Below are positions 20,461-30,265 of a stretch of DNA of 64,000 bases, one piece after another. The number at the start of each line of letters is the position of its first letter. Positions within the stretch are counted from its first letter, which is position 1. The DNA comes from Planctomycetota bacterium. Its GTDB lineage: Bacteria > Planctomycetota > Phycisphaerae > WQYP01. The stretch is taken from contig JAJZDN010000014.1 of NCBI GenBank assembly GCA_021805985.1, positions 9,230 to 73,229 of the forward strand, written 5' to 3'. The notes under the pieces are model-generated. The model saw only the letters and a program-made list of their open reading frames with translations. It was not told where the DNA came from and ran no database searches. The position numbers and the translations under genes are program-made.

Positions 20461-21567
20461 TTACTGCGGCGCCGGTTGAATCGGGGTTTCGTTTACGGTC
20501 TTTACCTGGGTTTGGGTGGTTTGCGTCTGCACGCGTGTGGTGGTTTTAATGCGCGTGGTGCGCAGCACCATCGGCCCGGTAATCTGCAAATCCACCGTGT
20601 TGTTCTGTAAATCTACCGCTTTAAGGCCCCGGGATACGCCAATTTCCTGTTTCAGGGCGGAATAAAAATCATCCGGTGCGCCATTGTATTCAATGGCCAA
20701 TCGGCCGTACGCAGTAGAGGTTGAACCAGTCATGCCCCGGTCAATGACCAGCCGCACGCCGGGAACTTTCTGCACGAAATGCTTAATGGCCAGCACATCA
20801 TCAATACTGGCGGCATTATAAATTCGCACAATCAGCGGGTTGTACGCCGTGGCCCCGCCGCCCCAGATCGCCGCCAGCTTCTGCATGACCTTGTCGGCCA
20901 AATAACCTGTGTACATATTAATATTAGTCTTGCTGGCGGGCAGTGGCATATCGACATACGTCGCCGCCAGCACGCGCGCGTCCGTAGTGCTGACCGCCTG
21001 CGCTAAAAGCCGCACGCCATTTCCAAAAGAGGCTTGCTGCGTGGGGGCCGCCTGAATTTCAACCAGTACATCAGTCTTAAGCTGGTGCTTTAACAGCGGC
21101 AGCACTTTAGCATCCCCATTTTGCAACCGCAGGAAGCTTTCCCGGGCCAGCACTTTTTGGGCCATCGAAGGATCTTGAATATCTACCTGCCCATTGGCAT
21201 TAAGATATTCAATCATGGATATTTCAATGGCGTCAAAATCTTCACTGCCCAGATGAAATGTCCCAGCAGAGGCTCCGCCCTGGCCTAAAAGCACTTCCAC
21301 CATAATGCGCGGATCACGCTGGGCCTGATACGCCTGCACATACGCCGCCTCATCAGGCAGCGCCACATGCGTGCCATAAGGATTTCCCGTTACCGGCGCA
21401 CCGTAGGCGTCCGGCGGCAACGGCTTGGCGAAAGGTTGCGGTTGATACGCCGCCTGATCTTGGGGAGAGGGAATTACAACATTTTGCAGCGGAGTCTGGC
21501 AACCCGCCAATAATGCCGCCAGGGCCAACGATGTTACGGTCGCGCCAAGAATCTTAAAGTTTTTCAT
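20461..21567 (-). CDS. lipoprotein of unknown function
   Basis: GGAGG RBS; MKNFKILG...LLAGC lipobox; co-oriented with the YcfL-like gene. Confidence 0.65.
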   Translation of the reverse strand: MKNFKILGATVTSLALAALLAGCQTPLQNVVIPSPQDQAAYQPQPFAKPLPPDAYGAPVTGNPYGTHVALPDEAAYVQAYQAQRDPRIMVEVLLGQGGASAGTFHLGSEDFDAIEISMIEYLNANGQVDIQDPSMAQKVLARESFLRLQNGDAKVLPLLKHQLKTDVLVEIQAAPTQQASFGNGVRLLAQAVSTTDARVLAATYVDMPLPASKTNINMYTGYLADKVMQKLAAIWGGGATAYNPLIVRIYNAASIDDVLAIKHFVQKVPGVRLVIDRGMTGSTSTAYGRLAIEYNGAPDDFYSALKQEIGVSRGLKAVDLQNNTVDLQITGPMVLRTTRIKTTTRVQTQTTQTQVKTVNETPIQPAPQ

Positions 21568-21752
21568 ATTCCATGACCTCCAAAAGTTTTCCCGGCAGCC
21601 CGCAGCAGCGGCAAGCCAGGGCATCCGTGGTATTTTAGCAGTTAGAACGCACAGAGCCACCTGTTTGTTGCCGGGCGTTGTATCGGATGGCAAATAAGAC
21701 TAAACTCAAGTTATCAGACCCCCGGCTTGAGTTGTGTGGTTCAGGGTGCAGA

Positions 21753-23249
21753 ATGCTGCTGGAAAACGTCATCGAACAAGGTAAGTCCCGCTCCAGGGAA
21801 ATCGCCATTATTGATGATCGGCGAACACTGAGCTTCGGGCAATTGCGCCACGGCAGCAATCTCATGGCCGGTCATCTGGATATGCTGGCAGACAATCAGG
21901 AACGTATCGGCCTGCTTTTACCGCAAAGTAGCGCCTTTGCCGTAGCCTTTGGCGGAGTGCGATGGTCTTCACGCGTGGCGGTGCCATTAAATTATCTTTT
22001 GCGTCCGCCCGAGCTGATTGATATTTGCCGGGACGCTGGGGTGAAAACGGTTCTCACGATTCATTATTTTGATGAACTCGCTCAGGCACTGCAGGCCGCG
22101 GGAATGCAGGTGGTGTTCATGGAGGAACTGTCGTTCAAGAAAATTCCCTGGCCGCGACGCCTGCCGCAGCGCAAGGCGGAGGATCTGGCGGTGATTTTAT
22201 ATACCAGTGGCACCAGCAGTTCGCCCAAAGGCGTGATGCTGACCAGCGGCAACCTCGATTCCAATGCCGCCAACGCCATCGCCCATGCCCAATTCAATCG
22301 GCAGATGACATTTCTTGGCGTATTGCCGATGTTTCACGCCCTTGGGTTGATGGCCGGGTTTTTAGTGCCACTTAGCCTGGGCTGCCGGGTGATTTACCAG
22401 GCCCGCTTCAGCCCGGCTGCGACGTTAGATCTGATTATAAAAAATAATATTCAGGTGCTGGTGGCTGTTCCCACGATGTACGCGCTGCTGGCCAATTGTA
22501 AAAGCGTTTCCCGCGAAAGTATGGCCAGTGTCATGTACGCCATAAGCGGTGGCGAGCCGCTGCCGCTGGCCCTGCTGGAAAAATATAAATCTGATTTCGG
22601 CATCGATATGCTGGAAGGCTTCGGTTTAACGGAAACCTCTCCCATGGTCAGCTTTTGCGTGCCTTGGGCGCTCAAGCCCGGCAGCGTGGGCAAGCCGTTG
22701 CCGAATGTGGAACTGCGAATCGTTGATGAAATGGACAAGCCGCTGGGACCGAATCAGGATGGAGAACTTTGGATTCGCGGGCAAAATGTCATGAAAGGCT
22801 ATTTGAACAAGCCCGACGAAACCGCCGCCGTTCTCACCGCCGATGGATGGTTTAAAACCGGTGATATCGCCCGTGTTGATGATGACGGATTTTTATTTAT
22901 CACGGGGCGAAAAAAAGAATTAATCATCATGGCCGGCGAAAAAATCGCGCCGAATGAAATTGAGGAAGTCATCCGCCAGCACCCCGCAGTGCTGCTGGCG
23001 GCGGTCATCGGCGTGAAAGACCCTCAGCGCGGCGAAGTGCCGGTAGCATTTATTCAACTTGAGGCAGACATCACCGAAAAGCCCACCGCACAAGAAATCC
23101 GCATATTCGTCCGCCAGCGCGTGGCCCCCTACAAAACGCCCCGCGATATCTATTTCCTGGAAGAAATGCCCTGCTCCCCCACCGGAAAAATTCTAAAAAG
23201 AGCGCTTCAGGTACCGGAAGAATTAGAAGTCAAAAGACGCCCCTATTAA
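21753..23249 (+). CDS. AMP-dependent acyl-CoA synthetase (long-chain fatty acid-CoA ligase-like)
   Basis: ILYTSGTSSSPKGVML, EGFGLTETSP, GWFKTGD, ITGRKKE, PTGKILK. Confidence 0.9.
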   Translation: MLLENVIEQGKSRSREIAIIDDRRTLSFGQLRHGSNLMAGHLDMLADNQERIGLLLPQSSAFAVAFGGVRWSSRVAVPLNYLLRPPELIDICRDAGVKTVLTIHYFDELAQALQAAGMQVVFMEELSFKKIPWPRRLPQRKAEDLAVILYTSGTSSSPKGVMLTSGNLDSNAANAIAHAQFNRQMTFLGVLPMFHALGLMAGFLVPLSLGCRVIYQARFSPAATLDLIIKNNIQVLVAVPTMYALLANCKSVSRESMASVMYAISGGEPLPLALLEKYKSDFGIDMLEGFGLTETSPMVSFCVPWALKPGSVGKPLPNVELRIVDEMDKPLGPNQDGELWIRGQNVMKGYLNKPDETAAVLTADGWFKTGDIARVDDDGFLFITGRKKELIIMAGEKIAPNEIEEVIRQHPAVLLAAVIGVKDPQRGEVPVAFIQLEADITEKPTAQEIRIFVRQRVAPYKTPRDIYFLEEMPCSPTGKILKRALQVPEELEVKRRPY

Positions 23250-23438
23250 GTTCAGCGCGCGAGGCAGCCGCGCCGCGATGCCTGCATCACAACCCATTAT
23301 TCATTATTCATTGCGCGGCAACGCCGTGCCCGCCCTTCCGGAAGATCCGAGAGGCCAGATGCTGCGCTCCCGCCGCAATCGGTTATCCATTTTTTTCCTA
23401 CTCCGGTATCATGCCGTGCGGTTCTGAAGGAGTATATT

Positions 23439-23858
23439 ATGGCTGGTTCAGGTTCTTCCAGTGTTCCGGGACAATTATCATTAAGTTTTGCCGCGGGGGT
23501 CGCGGGGGCCGTAGTCAATATGGTGGCGGCCTGGATGTTATCACGCATGGGCGTATTTCACATGCTGGGCTGCAGCCTGTCGGTTAGTGCTGGCAAGCCG
23601 TGGATTTACTCGCGCCTTGTATGGGGCGGAATATTTGGATTATTTTTGGTTCTGCCCGTGCTGACCAACTCTGTATTGAAACGCGGCCTGCTGCTGGGAC
23701 TACTGCCCGCGGCGTTTCAGCTTTTCGTGGTGTTCCCGATTTTTCTTAACCAGCGCTTTATGGGATTAAACCACGGCCTAACCACCCCTCTATTTGTCCT
23801 GTTTCTGAATCTGCTTTGGGGTGTTTCTGCCGCCGGCTGGCTGAAAATGACCGAATGA
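23439..23858 (+). CDS. small 4-TM membrane protein
   Basis: AAGGAG RBS; hydrophobic; YSRLVWGGIFG. Confidence 0.7.
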   Translation: MAGSGSSSVPGQLSLSFAAGVAGAVVNMVAAWMLSRMGVFHMLGCSLSVSAGKPWIYSRLVWGGIFGLFLVLPVLTNSVLKRGLLLGLLPAAFQLFVVFPIFLNQRFMGLNHGLTTPLFVLFLNLLWGVSAAGWLKMTE

Positions 23859-23941
23859 CGCCGGCGCACGCGTTCGCATGTTCTAAAAATATTACATCCA
23901 ATAATATTACACTTCACGCCCAAAGCGGGTAAAATCATAGT

Positions 23942-24142
23942 ATGGAACTTTCTGTGAATGGTGAAAAACTTCAACTGCCCGACGGAGCCACCATTCAGGC
24001 CCTGCTGGATCATTATAAGCTCCAGAGCGTGCGCGTGGCGGTGGAGTTGAATCGTGATATTGTGGCCAAAAAAGCCTATTTAAATACCAGCCTGAAATCC
24101 GGCGATACGGTCGAAATTGTAACTTTTGTCGGTGGGGGCTAA
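23942..24142 (+). CDS. thiS: sulfur carrier protein ThiS
   Basis: VNGE, VAVELN, GDTVEIVTFVGGG C-terminus. Confidence 0.95.
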   Translation: MELSVNGEKLQLPDGATIQALLDHYKLQSVRVAVELNRDIVAKKAYLNTSLKSGDTVEIVTFVGGG

Positions 24143-24154
24143 ACAGGAAAACAA

Positions 24155-24970
24155 ATGACATCCACACCTCTGAAGATCGGACCTTACGAATTGCAATCCC
24201 GGCTGATTGTCGGTACGGGCAAATACAGTTCCCTGGAACTTATGCAGCAGTGCCACCACGAAAGCGGGGCACAAGTTGTTACTGTCGCCGTGCGGCGCGA
24301 GCGGCTGCTTGATAAAAATTCCGGTCGCAATATTCTGGATTTTATTGATCCGCAAAAATATATTCTCCTGCCCAACACCGCCGGCTGTTTTAACGCCGAG
24401 GAAGTGGTGCGCGTCGCGAAATTAGGCCGCGAAATGTTAACCGGATCAGGCTACCGCGGTGCCGACTGGGTAAAACTAGAATGCCTGGGAGATACTAAAA
24501 CGCTTCTCCCCGAACCCGTTGGTACTTTGGAAGCCTTGAAGATACTAGTTAAGGACGGCTTTCAGGTTCTGGTTTACTGCTCCGATGATGTCATGCTGTG
24601 CAAACGCATTAAAGAAGCCGGGGCCGCCGCGGTTATGCCCGCGGGTTCACCCATCGGTTCCGGACTGGGCGTGCTGAATCCCAACGCCATTCGCATTATT
24701 CTCGAGCAGGTAAAGGAAAATGATCCGAGTTATCCGGTTATTGTGGATGCTGGCGTAGGCACCGCCAGCGATGTAGCGGCAGCGATGGAATTGGGCGTGG
24801 ATGGAGTATTATTAAATACAGCCGTGGCCGGGGCAACCGAACCCGCCAAAATGGCCCGCGCCATGATGCTGGCCACTGAATCCGGCCGCTTGGCCTACGA
24901 AGCCGGCCGCATTCCCCGCAAACTCTACGCCACCGCCAGCAGCCCCTGGGAAGGCCGCATCAATGCATAA
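24155..24970 (+). CDS. thiG: thiazole synthase
   Basis: [48 protein letters not shown]. Confidence 0.97.
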   Translation: MTSTPLKIGPYELQSRLIVGTGKYSSLELMQQCHHESGAQVVTVAVRRERLLDKNSGRNILDFIDPQKYILLPNTAGCFNAEEVVRVAKLGREMLTGSGYRGADWVKLECLGDTKTLLPEPVGTLEALKILVKDGFQVLVYCSDDVMLCKRIKEAGAAAVMPAGSPIGSGLGVLNPNAIRIILEQVKENDPSYPVIVDAGVGTASDVAAAMELGVDGVLLNTAVAGATEPAKMARAMMLATESGRLAYEAGRIPRKLYATASSPWEGRINA

Positions 24971-25060
24971 AGCGTGCGGTTTCCCGGAAACCGCATTGCA
25001 ACCCCGCCGATCGCGATCCGAAACGGCGACACCCGATATTCCAGATTGCAACAAAAAAAA

Positions 25061-25090
25061 TCACAAAGCCGCCGGCTCTGCCGGTGGTGG
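25061..25090 (-). repeat. dispersed hairpin repeat (family B, copy 3)
   Basis: TCACAAAGCCGCCGGCTCTGCCGGTGGTGG is the reverse complement of the family consensus. Confidence 0.7.
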
Positions 25091-25286
25091 GTCGCACCCA
25101 ATTGTCCCGGCATCCCACAAAGCATTTTTGCCCCCGCCCGGGAAAACTGCCGCCCTCTGGGCCACCCCGCGGCCCGAAATAGCTGGCCCAAAATCGCTTG
25201 GCACCCCCCAGTTGGAGGAGTATGATTCAAACACCCGAACAAGATGGGCCTTTTCCAAGGGCGTTATGGTCGCACTGAACAAACAA

Positions 25287-25637
25287 TTTCACCACAACGG
25301 CACAAGGGCACGAAGCAACCGTCAGATCGGTCGCTGGCTGCAACATAACCCGATCGGGTATGCGGGTGGAATTAATTTGTACGAGTATGTCGGTGGCAGG
25401 GCGATGGTAGCGAAGGATCCGGAGGGCCGCCAGTACACGCCGCGAACTGGCGATTGGATTGCGTGTGCCGGTGGTCGTCAGGTCTATCTGGACGCCGGAT
25501 GCGATGTCATTATTCCGACGACAAAGAGCCGCCCGCAGGCGGCGATTGCGTGGACCACTGCCGCCAAATGCATCCGCCTGCAGTTCACCTGTGTGCCGGA
25601 CTGCCCTCCGGCACGGCCATTTGGAGGTTTGGCGTGA
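25287..25637 (+). pseudogene. orphan Rhs core end plus short Cys-rich C-terminal tip
   Basis: FHHNGTR......IGRWLQHNPIGYAGGINLYEYVGGRAMVAKDPEG is the degenerate Rhs core signature; a 69-aa tip follows DPEG. Confidence 0.8.
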
Positions 25638-26362
25638 ACACGGACCGGATCAATCCGGCGTTGCTCCTTGAGGCGCTCGGCGGCTTCTCGGAGTCCCATT
25701 ATCTGGGCCTGTTCCGCGCGGTGGACCGAGCTGAGGTCGCGGGCGTGCTGCGGGGGCTGAACGCCACGGAAATCGCGTTTGAAGGGGACGCGGCCCTGGC
25801 CCTCGACGTGATTCTTGCGCCGCTTGACACAGGCATTTTCCCGAGTGTTGCGTTGCGGCAGGTGGCCGCTAACACGAACGCCATAGACGATTTGCTAGGC
25901 GAACTGGGTGAAAGCGGAATGGCACCGCTTACGTTGGCCTACTGCGCGAGCCTCTCGCTTTATGCCGACATGGTGTCAGAAGGAAACGAACCCTGCGCCG
26001 CCGAGCGCGCCGCAATATCGTTGCTCTCGGCGTCGAAGAAGCTGGGGACGCTATGGAATGTTGAGCTGCTGAAATTCTACCTTTGGTGTTTCACTTTGCG
26101 CTCCGCCGTGGATGGTGAGTTTCCCAGGGCAGTGTGCCTGGCGTTTTCCTTTCTTCTTTTCTGCGACCTGCTTGAGTCCGTAGCCTCGCAGTTGGTGCAT
26201 CAAGTTTCGATTGGTGCCGCTGGGGGCCTTGACTCAAGCCTCGCCGAGCAGACGGTGTACGAGCGATTCGTGCGGGTGCTCAGGCAGGAGTTCCAGTCCG
26301 CCCGGGGCAGAGTGTCGGTTGCGACCCAGCAGGCGGTCGCTGCAGTTCTGGGGAAGGATTGA
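25634..26362 (+). CDS. putative Rhs immunity protein
   Basis: GGAGG at 25623; GTG overlaps the Rhs tip stop (GTGA); 242 aa with no recognised motif. Confidence 0.55.
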   Translation: MNTDRINPALLLEALGGFSESHYLGLFRAVDRAEVAGVLRGLNATEIAFEGDAALALDVILAPLDTGIFPSVALRQVAANTNAIDDLLGELGESGMAPLTLAYCASLSLYADMVSEGNEPCAAERAAISLLSASKKLGTLWNVELLKFYLWCFTLRSAVDGEFPRAVCLAFSFLLFCDLLESVASQLVHQVSIGAAGGLDSSLAEQTVYERFVRVLRQEFQSARGRVSVATQQAVAAVLGKD

Positions 26363-26618
26363 ACCGGTGGCGCAGGTACCGTCCCGCGGGCCACCGTAGA
26401 CTGTTGTGGGTGCCGGCGGCGGAGTTAGAATGTTTGGAAGCGCTGGCGCTTCTGAATGCGGGGTGCTGAATGCTAAAAGTGATAGGCTAAGCGGCGGGTT
26501 GTTGTGACGAGACGAGGCAGGCGAAACAACTAGCTGCGTCCCCGTTTCTGTTCTGCCACGTGTGCCGGAGGTGTCCCATTTTCTTTCATCAGATGGAGTT
26601 GTACATGGAGCCTGTGAC

Positions 26619-27218
26619 ATGCCCGCAACGCCTGTAACAAATCGTCGCGGTGCTCGCAACCGCCGGCAGCAAACCCTGCTCTGGTGCGTTGGAGCGTTTG
26701 CGACCGCCTTTCCATTGGTGATCGGCGCAATGGCATGGGGGACCTCAGGTGGCGATCCATTGGCTTGGGTGCCAGCTCATCCTTCCATGCTGCTGACCAT
26801 CCTACTGTTGCCGATCATGGCCTGTTTTTCCATACTGTACGGCTTTGGCTACATCGTTGGTACCGGCATCTTAGCATGGAATGTGCGCACGTTGATGCTG
26901 CGCGACCGGAAGTTGGTTAACCCGGCAGCGATCTTCATTCCTTTGCTTTGTGATGTTTACGTATTTGCACAGGCTCTGCCGTTCTTTGAAGTTCCACGTG
27001 GAGAAAGCATCCGCCCGATGGGCTGGTCCGCAATTACATTTTTATTGGCCGTTGCCATGACCATCTATGGCGTTTCGTACGCTGCGATGCAACTGCGGGC
27101 AAAAGAAAACAAGATCATCTGCACCATCGGAATACTGGTTGGCTTATTGCCCTACCCAATTATGCTATTTTCGCTAAACTTAGTTGCGGCCATTAAGGGC
27201 TTCAGATTGGAGCCATAA
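26619..27218 (+). CDS. multi-pass membrane protein of unknown function
   Basis: GGAG RBS; about 5 hydrophobic segments. Confidence 0.55.
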   Translation: MPATPVTNRRGARNRRQQTLLWCVGAFATAFPLVIGAMAWGTSGGDPLAWVPAHPSMLLTILLLPIMACFSILYGFGYIVGTGILAWNVRTLMLRDRKLVNPAAIFIPLLCDVYVFAQALPFFEVPRGESIRPMGWSAITFLLAVAMTIYGVSYAAMQLRAKENKIICTIGILVGLLPYPIMLFSLNLVAAIKGFRLEP

Positions 27219-27357
27219 CGTCGTTATGTGAGGAATAGCCGTGGTTGCGCTGGATAATAATTTCACCACGACGGCACGACGCCATGCGGGTAGGTCTGAA
27301 ATGCCCCGCCTGCTTTGTTGTCGGATCTCGCAGACTCATTATTGAGAGTCGGCTCGA

Positions 27358-27423
27358 TCCTCCGCCGCGCATACGGGACGTTTCAGACCCATCGCAATCC
27401 CGGCCATTACCCGGACAGGCTCC
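27358..27423 (-). repeat. family A element end (subtype shared with 45616-45680)
   Basis: TACGGGACGTTTCAGACCCATCGCAATCCCGGCCATTACCCGGACAGGCTCC, nearly repeated at 45629-45680. Confidence 0.7.
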
Positions 27424-27482
27424 CAGGGAATTCCTGCGTATATTTCGGGGCATAGAAATAGCGATAGTGGATTTCGGATGAC

Positions 27483-28025
27483 TTACAATGTTCGGGTTGC
27501 GGGCAACTGAGCGATCACCCAACCGCGCAGTAATTGTCGCTGGGTTGCGGACATAGATCCGTCACTGGGCAGCGCTGTTGTGGGTTGGGCGGCGTGGCTG
27601 TCGGTTGAAAGTGCGGCGCGGGCTTTTGGTCTTCGTGAAGCTTTTACAAGGGGGGTCGGCGGGCTGGTAATATTTTCTGCGTAGTCGGCAGGAGAAGCGG
27701 TTGGAGAAGCGGCTGCCCCTGGCGGTTCCATGGGCCATTGGAACACCACACGGTAGAGCCGCTTGCCGGGGGGTACCTCCGGGTAATTCCGCTTAAGTTC
27801 AGCCAGTAGCTCTTCAAGCGTAGCAAAACCATCATCGCGGGCATCATTCAGGGTTAAGGATTCATACCCTGCCAATTCATCAACGCGCAAAATTTTCATT
27901 TTGCCCAGCCCCGGCGTAAAGCTGATCTGCCCGGGAAATACGATGGGCCGCGTCCAGTAGCGGATCGTCTGGCGCTTTTTACCGGCCCGGACTAGTTCCA
28001 CGAGATGTTTTTTCAATAAGAGCAT
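27483..28025 (-). CDS. ASCH-domain protein with low-complexity tail
   Basis: VRAGKKRQTIR and LTLNDARDDGFATLEELLAELKRNY are ASCH signatures. Confidence 0.8.
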   Translation of the reverse strand: MLLLKKHLVELVRAGKKRQTIRYWTRPIVFPGQISFTPGLGKMKILRVDELAGYESLTLNDARDDGFATLEELLAELKRNYPEVPPGKRLYRVVFQWPMEPPGAAASPTASPADYAENITSPPTPLVKASRRPKARAALSTDSHAAQPTTALPSDGSMSATQRQLLRGWVIAQLPATRTL

Positions 28026-28046
28026 AAGGCGTACCAAATCACACGA

Positions 28047-28496
28047 TCAAGGCACCACGGGGCGCAGGGGAATTCCCCTGCTGCGGCAAACATCAGAAAA
28101 GTCCCCGGGATTGAAGGTAACAAGCTCATAAATCCGGTGCCGCGGGTCACTGAGGACCAGACGCACGACCATATCGACCACACTGATATGGCGTTTATTG
28201 TTACGCGCCAAATCCATTGCTGATTGTAACGCCTGCTCACGGTATGGCGCGTCGTCAATTGTCCGAATGCGTTGCTGCTTAATAACACCCAGGAAAGACT
28301 CAACCCATCCGGCATTCTTGACAAAGCGCGTCCGAAGTAGTTCGTAGTGCAGCGGCCAAGGAAATGCGAACGTGCCCAATGCCGATTGCTCCATGATGTC
28401 CGCGGCGTCGCCGTGGTATTGGTCGCTTTTATCGTAGAGCGCAATCCAAAAACCGGTATCAGCCAAGACTAAACGATTCGTCTTAACCCTCGTCAA
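28047..28496 (-). CDS. PIN-domain ribonuclease (VapC-like)
   Basis: LADTGFWIALYDKSDQYH, YELL, ISVVD, LVTFNPGDF; start uncertain (TTG 28496 after GGGGAG). Confidence 0.8.
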   Translation of the reverse strand: MTRVKTNRLVLADTGFWIALYDKSDQYHGDAADIMEQSALGTFAFPWPLHYELLRTRFVKNAGWVESFLGVIKQQRIRTIDDAPYREQALQSAMDLARNNKRHISVVDMVVRLVLSDPRHRIYELVTFNPGDFSDVCRSRGIPLRPVVP

Positions 28497-28809
28497 CGGC
28501 GGACTCCCCACTCATTGCGTAGCCACTCCAGGGCGCTGACTTTTTCCGGCCGCCAATTATGAACTTGCCCTTGGACTTATTTTGCGAATCTTGGAAAATC
28601 AGGTAAATGCGATCTCGGTTGCGCAGCTTCACGAACTTTTTCAAATCCAGTTTGACGGAATGCTCAATTCCTCCGGCTGCCTTACTCCAAAGCAATGACG
28701 CGCAACTGTCGCAGCACTCAACCGCCTCGTGCGTGTCCAGCCACCGATAAAGGCCCTCGTAATCACCGTCTACCCCCAGATCATAGGAAATCCAAATACG
28801 GTTCGCCAT
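28483..28809 (-). CDS. small Cas2/VapD-like (ferredoxin-fold) protein
   Basis: N-terminal WISYDL, helix DYEGLYRWL, then ECCDS where Cas2 has Q.SV; AAGGAG RBS. Confidence 0.5.
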   Translation of the reverse strand: MANRIWISYDLGVDGDYEGLYRWLDTHEAVECCDSCASLLWSKAAGGIEHSVKLDLKKFVKLRNRDRIYLIFQDSQNKSKGKFIIGGRKKSAPWSGYAMSGESAVDEG

Positions 28810-28954
28810 GGTGAAGCTCCTTTTTTCAACGCGATGGCATTATATCCATTTCATTATTTGAAGTCGCGGCAATTTTTCCGGGCGGGACCTAAATAACGCT
28901 AAATTAGAAACAAATTGCACTGTTTGGTCCAGCGGCAACGGGGTGCGGTCAAGG

Positions 28955-29035
28955 TGCGTTCCACCACCGGCAAAGCTGGCGGCTATTTGAAGTTTATCCA
29001 CACGGCCCTGTGGTGCGGGAATATTGCCGCGCCGC
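28955..29035 (+). repeat. dispersed hairpin repeat (family B, long form)
   Basis: TGCGTTCCACCACCGGCAAAGCTGGCGGCT...TGTGGTGCGGGAATATTGCCGCGCCGC; both parts recur at 38681-38775. Confidence 0.65.
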
Positions 29036-29107
29036 AGCATATACGAATGCCATTTCTGCGTGATTCAGGCTATAATCGATGATATATTGTTCGGAAATGG
29101 ACTCGCA

Positions 29108-29881
29108 ATGGCTGATACTTCGACAACTTCCGCCCCCCCACCGGCATGGGATCAGGGGAATCTGAAAAATCCGCATGAGGCCGTAGACAAGGCCGGGCGG
29201 GTGCAACGCATGTTTTCGGCCATTGCACCGTCTTATGATCTGAACAATCATCTGCATTCGCTTTGGATGGATCATTACTGGCGTCGCAAGGCCGTACAGA
29301 TTGCGGGGGTAAAGGCTGCGGATGTTGTGGCGGACATTGCGTGTGGTACGGGGGATCTGTCGACGGCGTTTGATCGAGCGGGTCCGAAGCGGGTTATTGG
29401 AATTGATTTTTGCCACGCCATGTTGCAGGGTGCCTGCGGAAAAAATGCCGCTGCTGGGAGACAGACCATTTCCTTTTATGAGGGCGATGCGCTGCGGCTG
29501 CCCTTGCAAAGTCAGAGCGTTGATATTGTTTCGATCGCCTTTGGCATTCGCAATGTATCGGACTGGGGCAAGGCGGTTGATGAATTTTATCGGGTGCTGC
29601 GGCCGGGCGGGCGACTGATTATTCTGGAGTTTTCTCTGCCGACAAATTCGGTGCTGCGAGCCGGGTACAATTTTTACTTTCGGCGTATTTTACCGCGCAC
29701 GGCCACGCTGATCAGCGGGGATAAAACCGGTGCCTATAAATACCTCCCCGAGAGCGTGAACACCTTTATCTCTCCACAGCAACTGACGCAACGCATGAAA
29801 GACACCGGCTTTGCCGATGTAACGGCTACATCACTGACCGCTGGAGTCTGCTTCTGCTACAGGGGAATGCGCCATGCGTAA
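29108..29881 (+). CDS. ubiE: demethylmenaquinone methyltransferase (UbiE/MenG)
   Basis: VQRMFSAIAPSYDLNNHL, DIACGTGD, GDALRLP, AFGIRNV, ILEFS, AYKYLPESV. Confidence 0.92.
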   Translation: MADTSTTSAPPPAWDQGNLKNPHEAVDKAGRVQRMFSAIAPSYDLNNHLHSLWMDHYWRRKAVQIAGVKAADVVADIACGTGDLSTAFDRAGPKRVIGIDFCHAMLQGACGKNAAAGRQTISFYEGDALRLPLQSQSVDIVSIAFGIRNVSDWGKAVDEFYRVLRPGGRLIILEFSLPTNSVLRAGYNFYFRRILPRTATLISGDKTGAYKYLPESVNTFISPQQLTQRMKDTGFADVTATSLTAGVCFCYRGMRHA

Positions 29882-30200
29882 GGTCGCGGAAAGTGAAAAA
29901 ATAATGCGCCGGACGGTCCGCTGCGACTGGTGGTGCCGATATTGCAAGCAACCGTTCGGGTCAGAAAATATTTCGCTGTATTGCGCCAAACTGCCGGAAG
30001 TGATTAAACCGAGCTGGTTTTTCGCGTCTATGGCACTTCTGGATCATCTGCGTGATTGCCGGAAGGAAGACTATACGGACCGTTTGACCTGTCGTTATGG
30101 CGAAGATTTTTTATCCCATATTGAAATCTACAACTGGTTTAATGACCACGCGGTGGTCCATAAAACTCTAATCGATGAAGAGGAGCTTGAGGACCAGTAA
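29874..30200 (+). CDS. small Cys/His-containing hypothetical protein
   Basis: Overlaps the ubiE stop; WWCRYC...DHLRDC. Confidence 0.55.
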   Translation: MRKVAESEKIMRRTVRCDWWCRYCKQPFGSENISLYCAKLPEVIKPSWFFASMALLDHLRDCRKEDYTDRLTCRYGEDFLSHIEIYNWFNDHAVVHKTLIDEEELEDQ

Positions 30201-30265
30201 AACTAGCCTGACCGCGGGTAATCCGGCCGAGCTAATGCCGGCGCTATATAAATAGAGATGTGTTG

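Noticed and set aside
24963-25286. 5' part of the 224-aa ORF running into the Rhs core
   Set aside because: It reads through a family B repeat and low-complexity intergenic DNA with no YD repeats; likely a chance open frame.
27211-27230. CCATAAC-GTC-GTTATG at a stop codon, resembling a collapsed integron attC
   Set aside because: No L boxes or spacer, no second clear attC and no integrase in the window.
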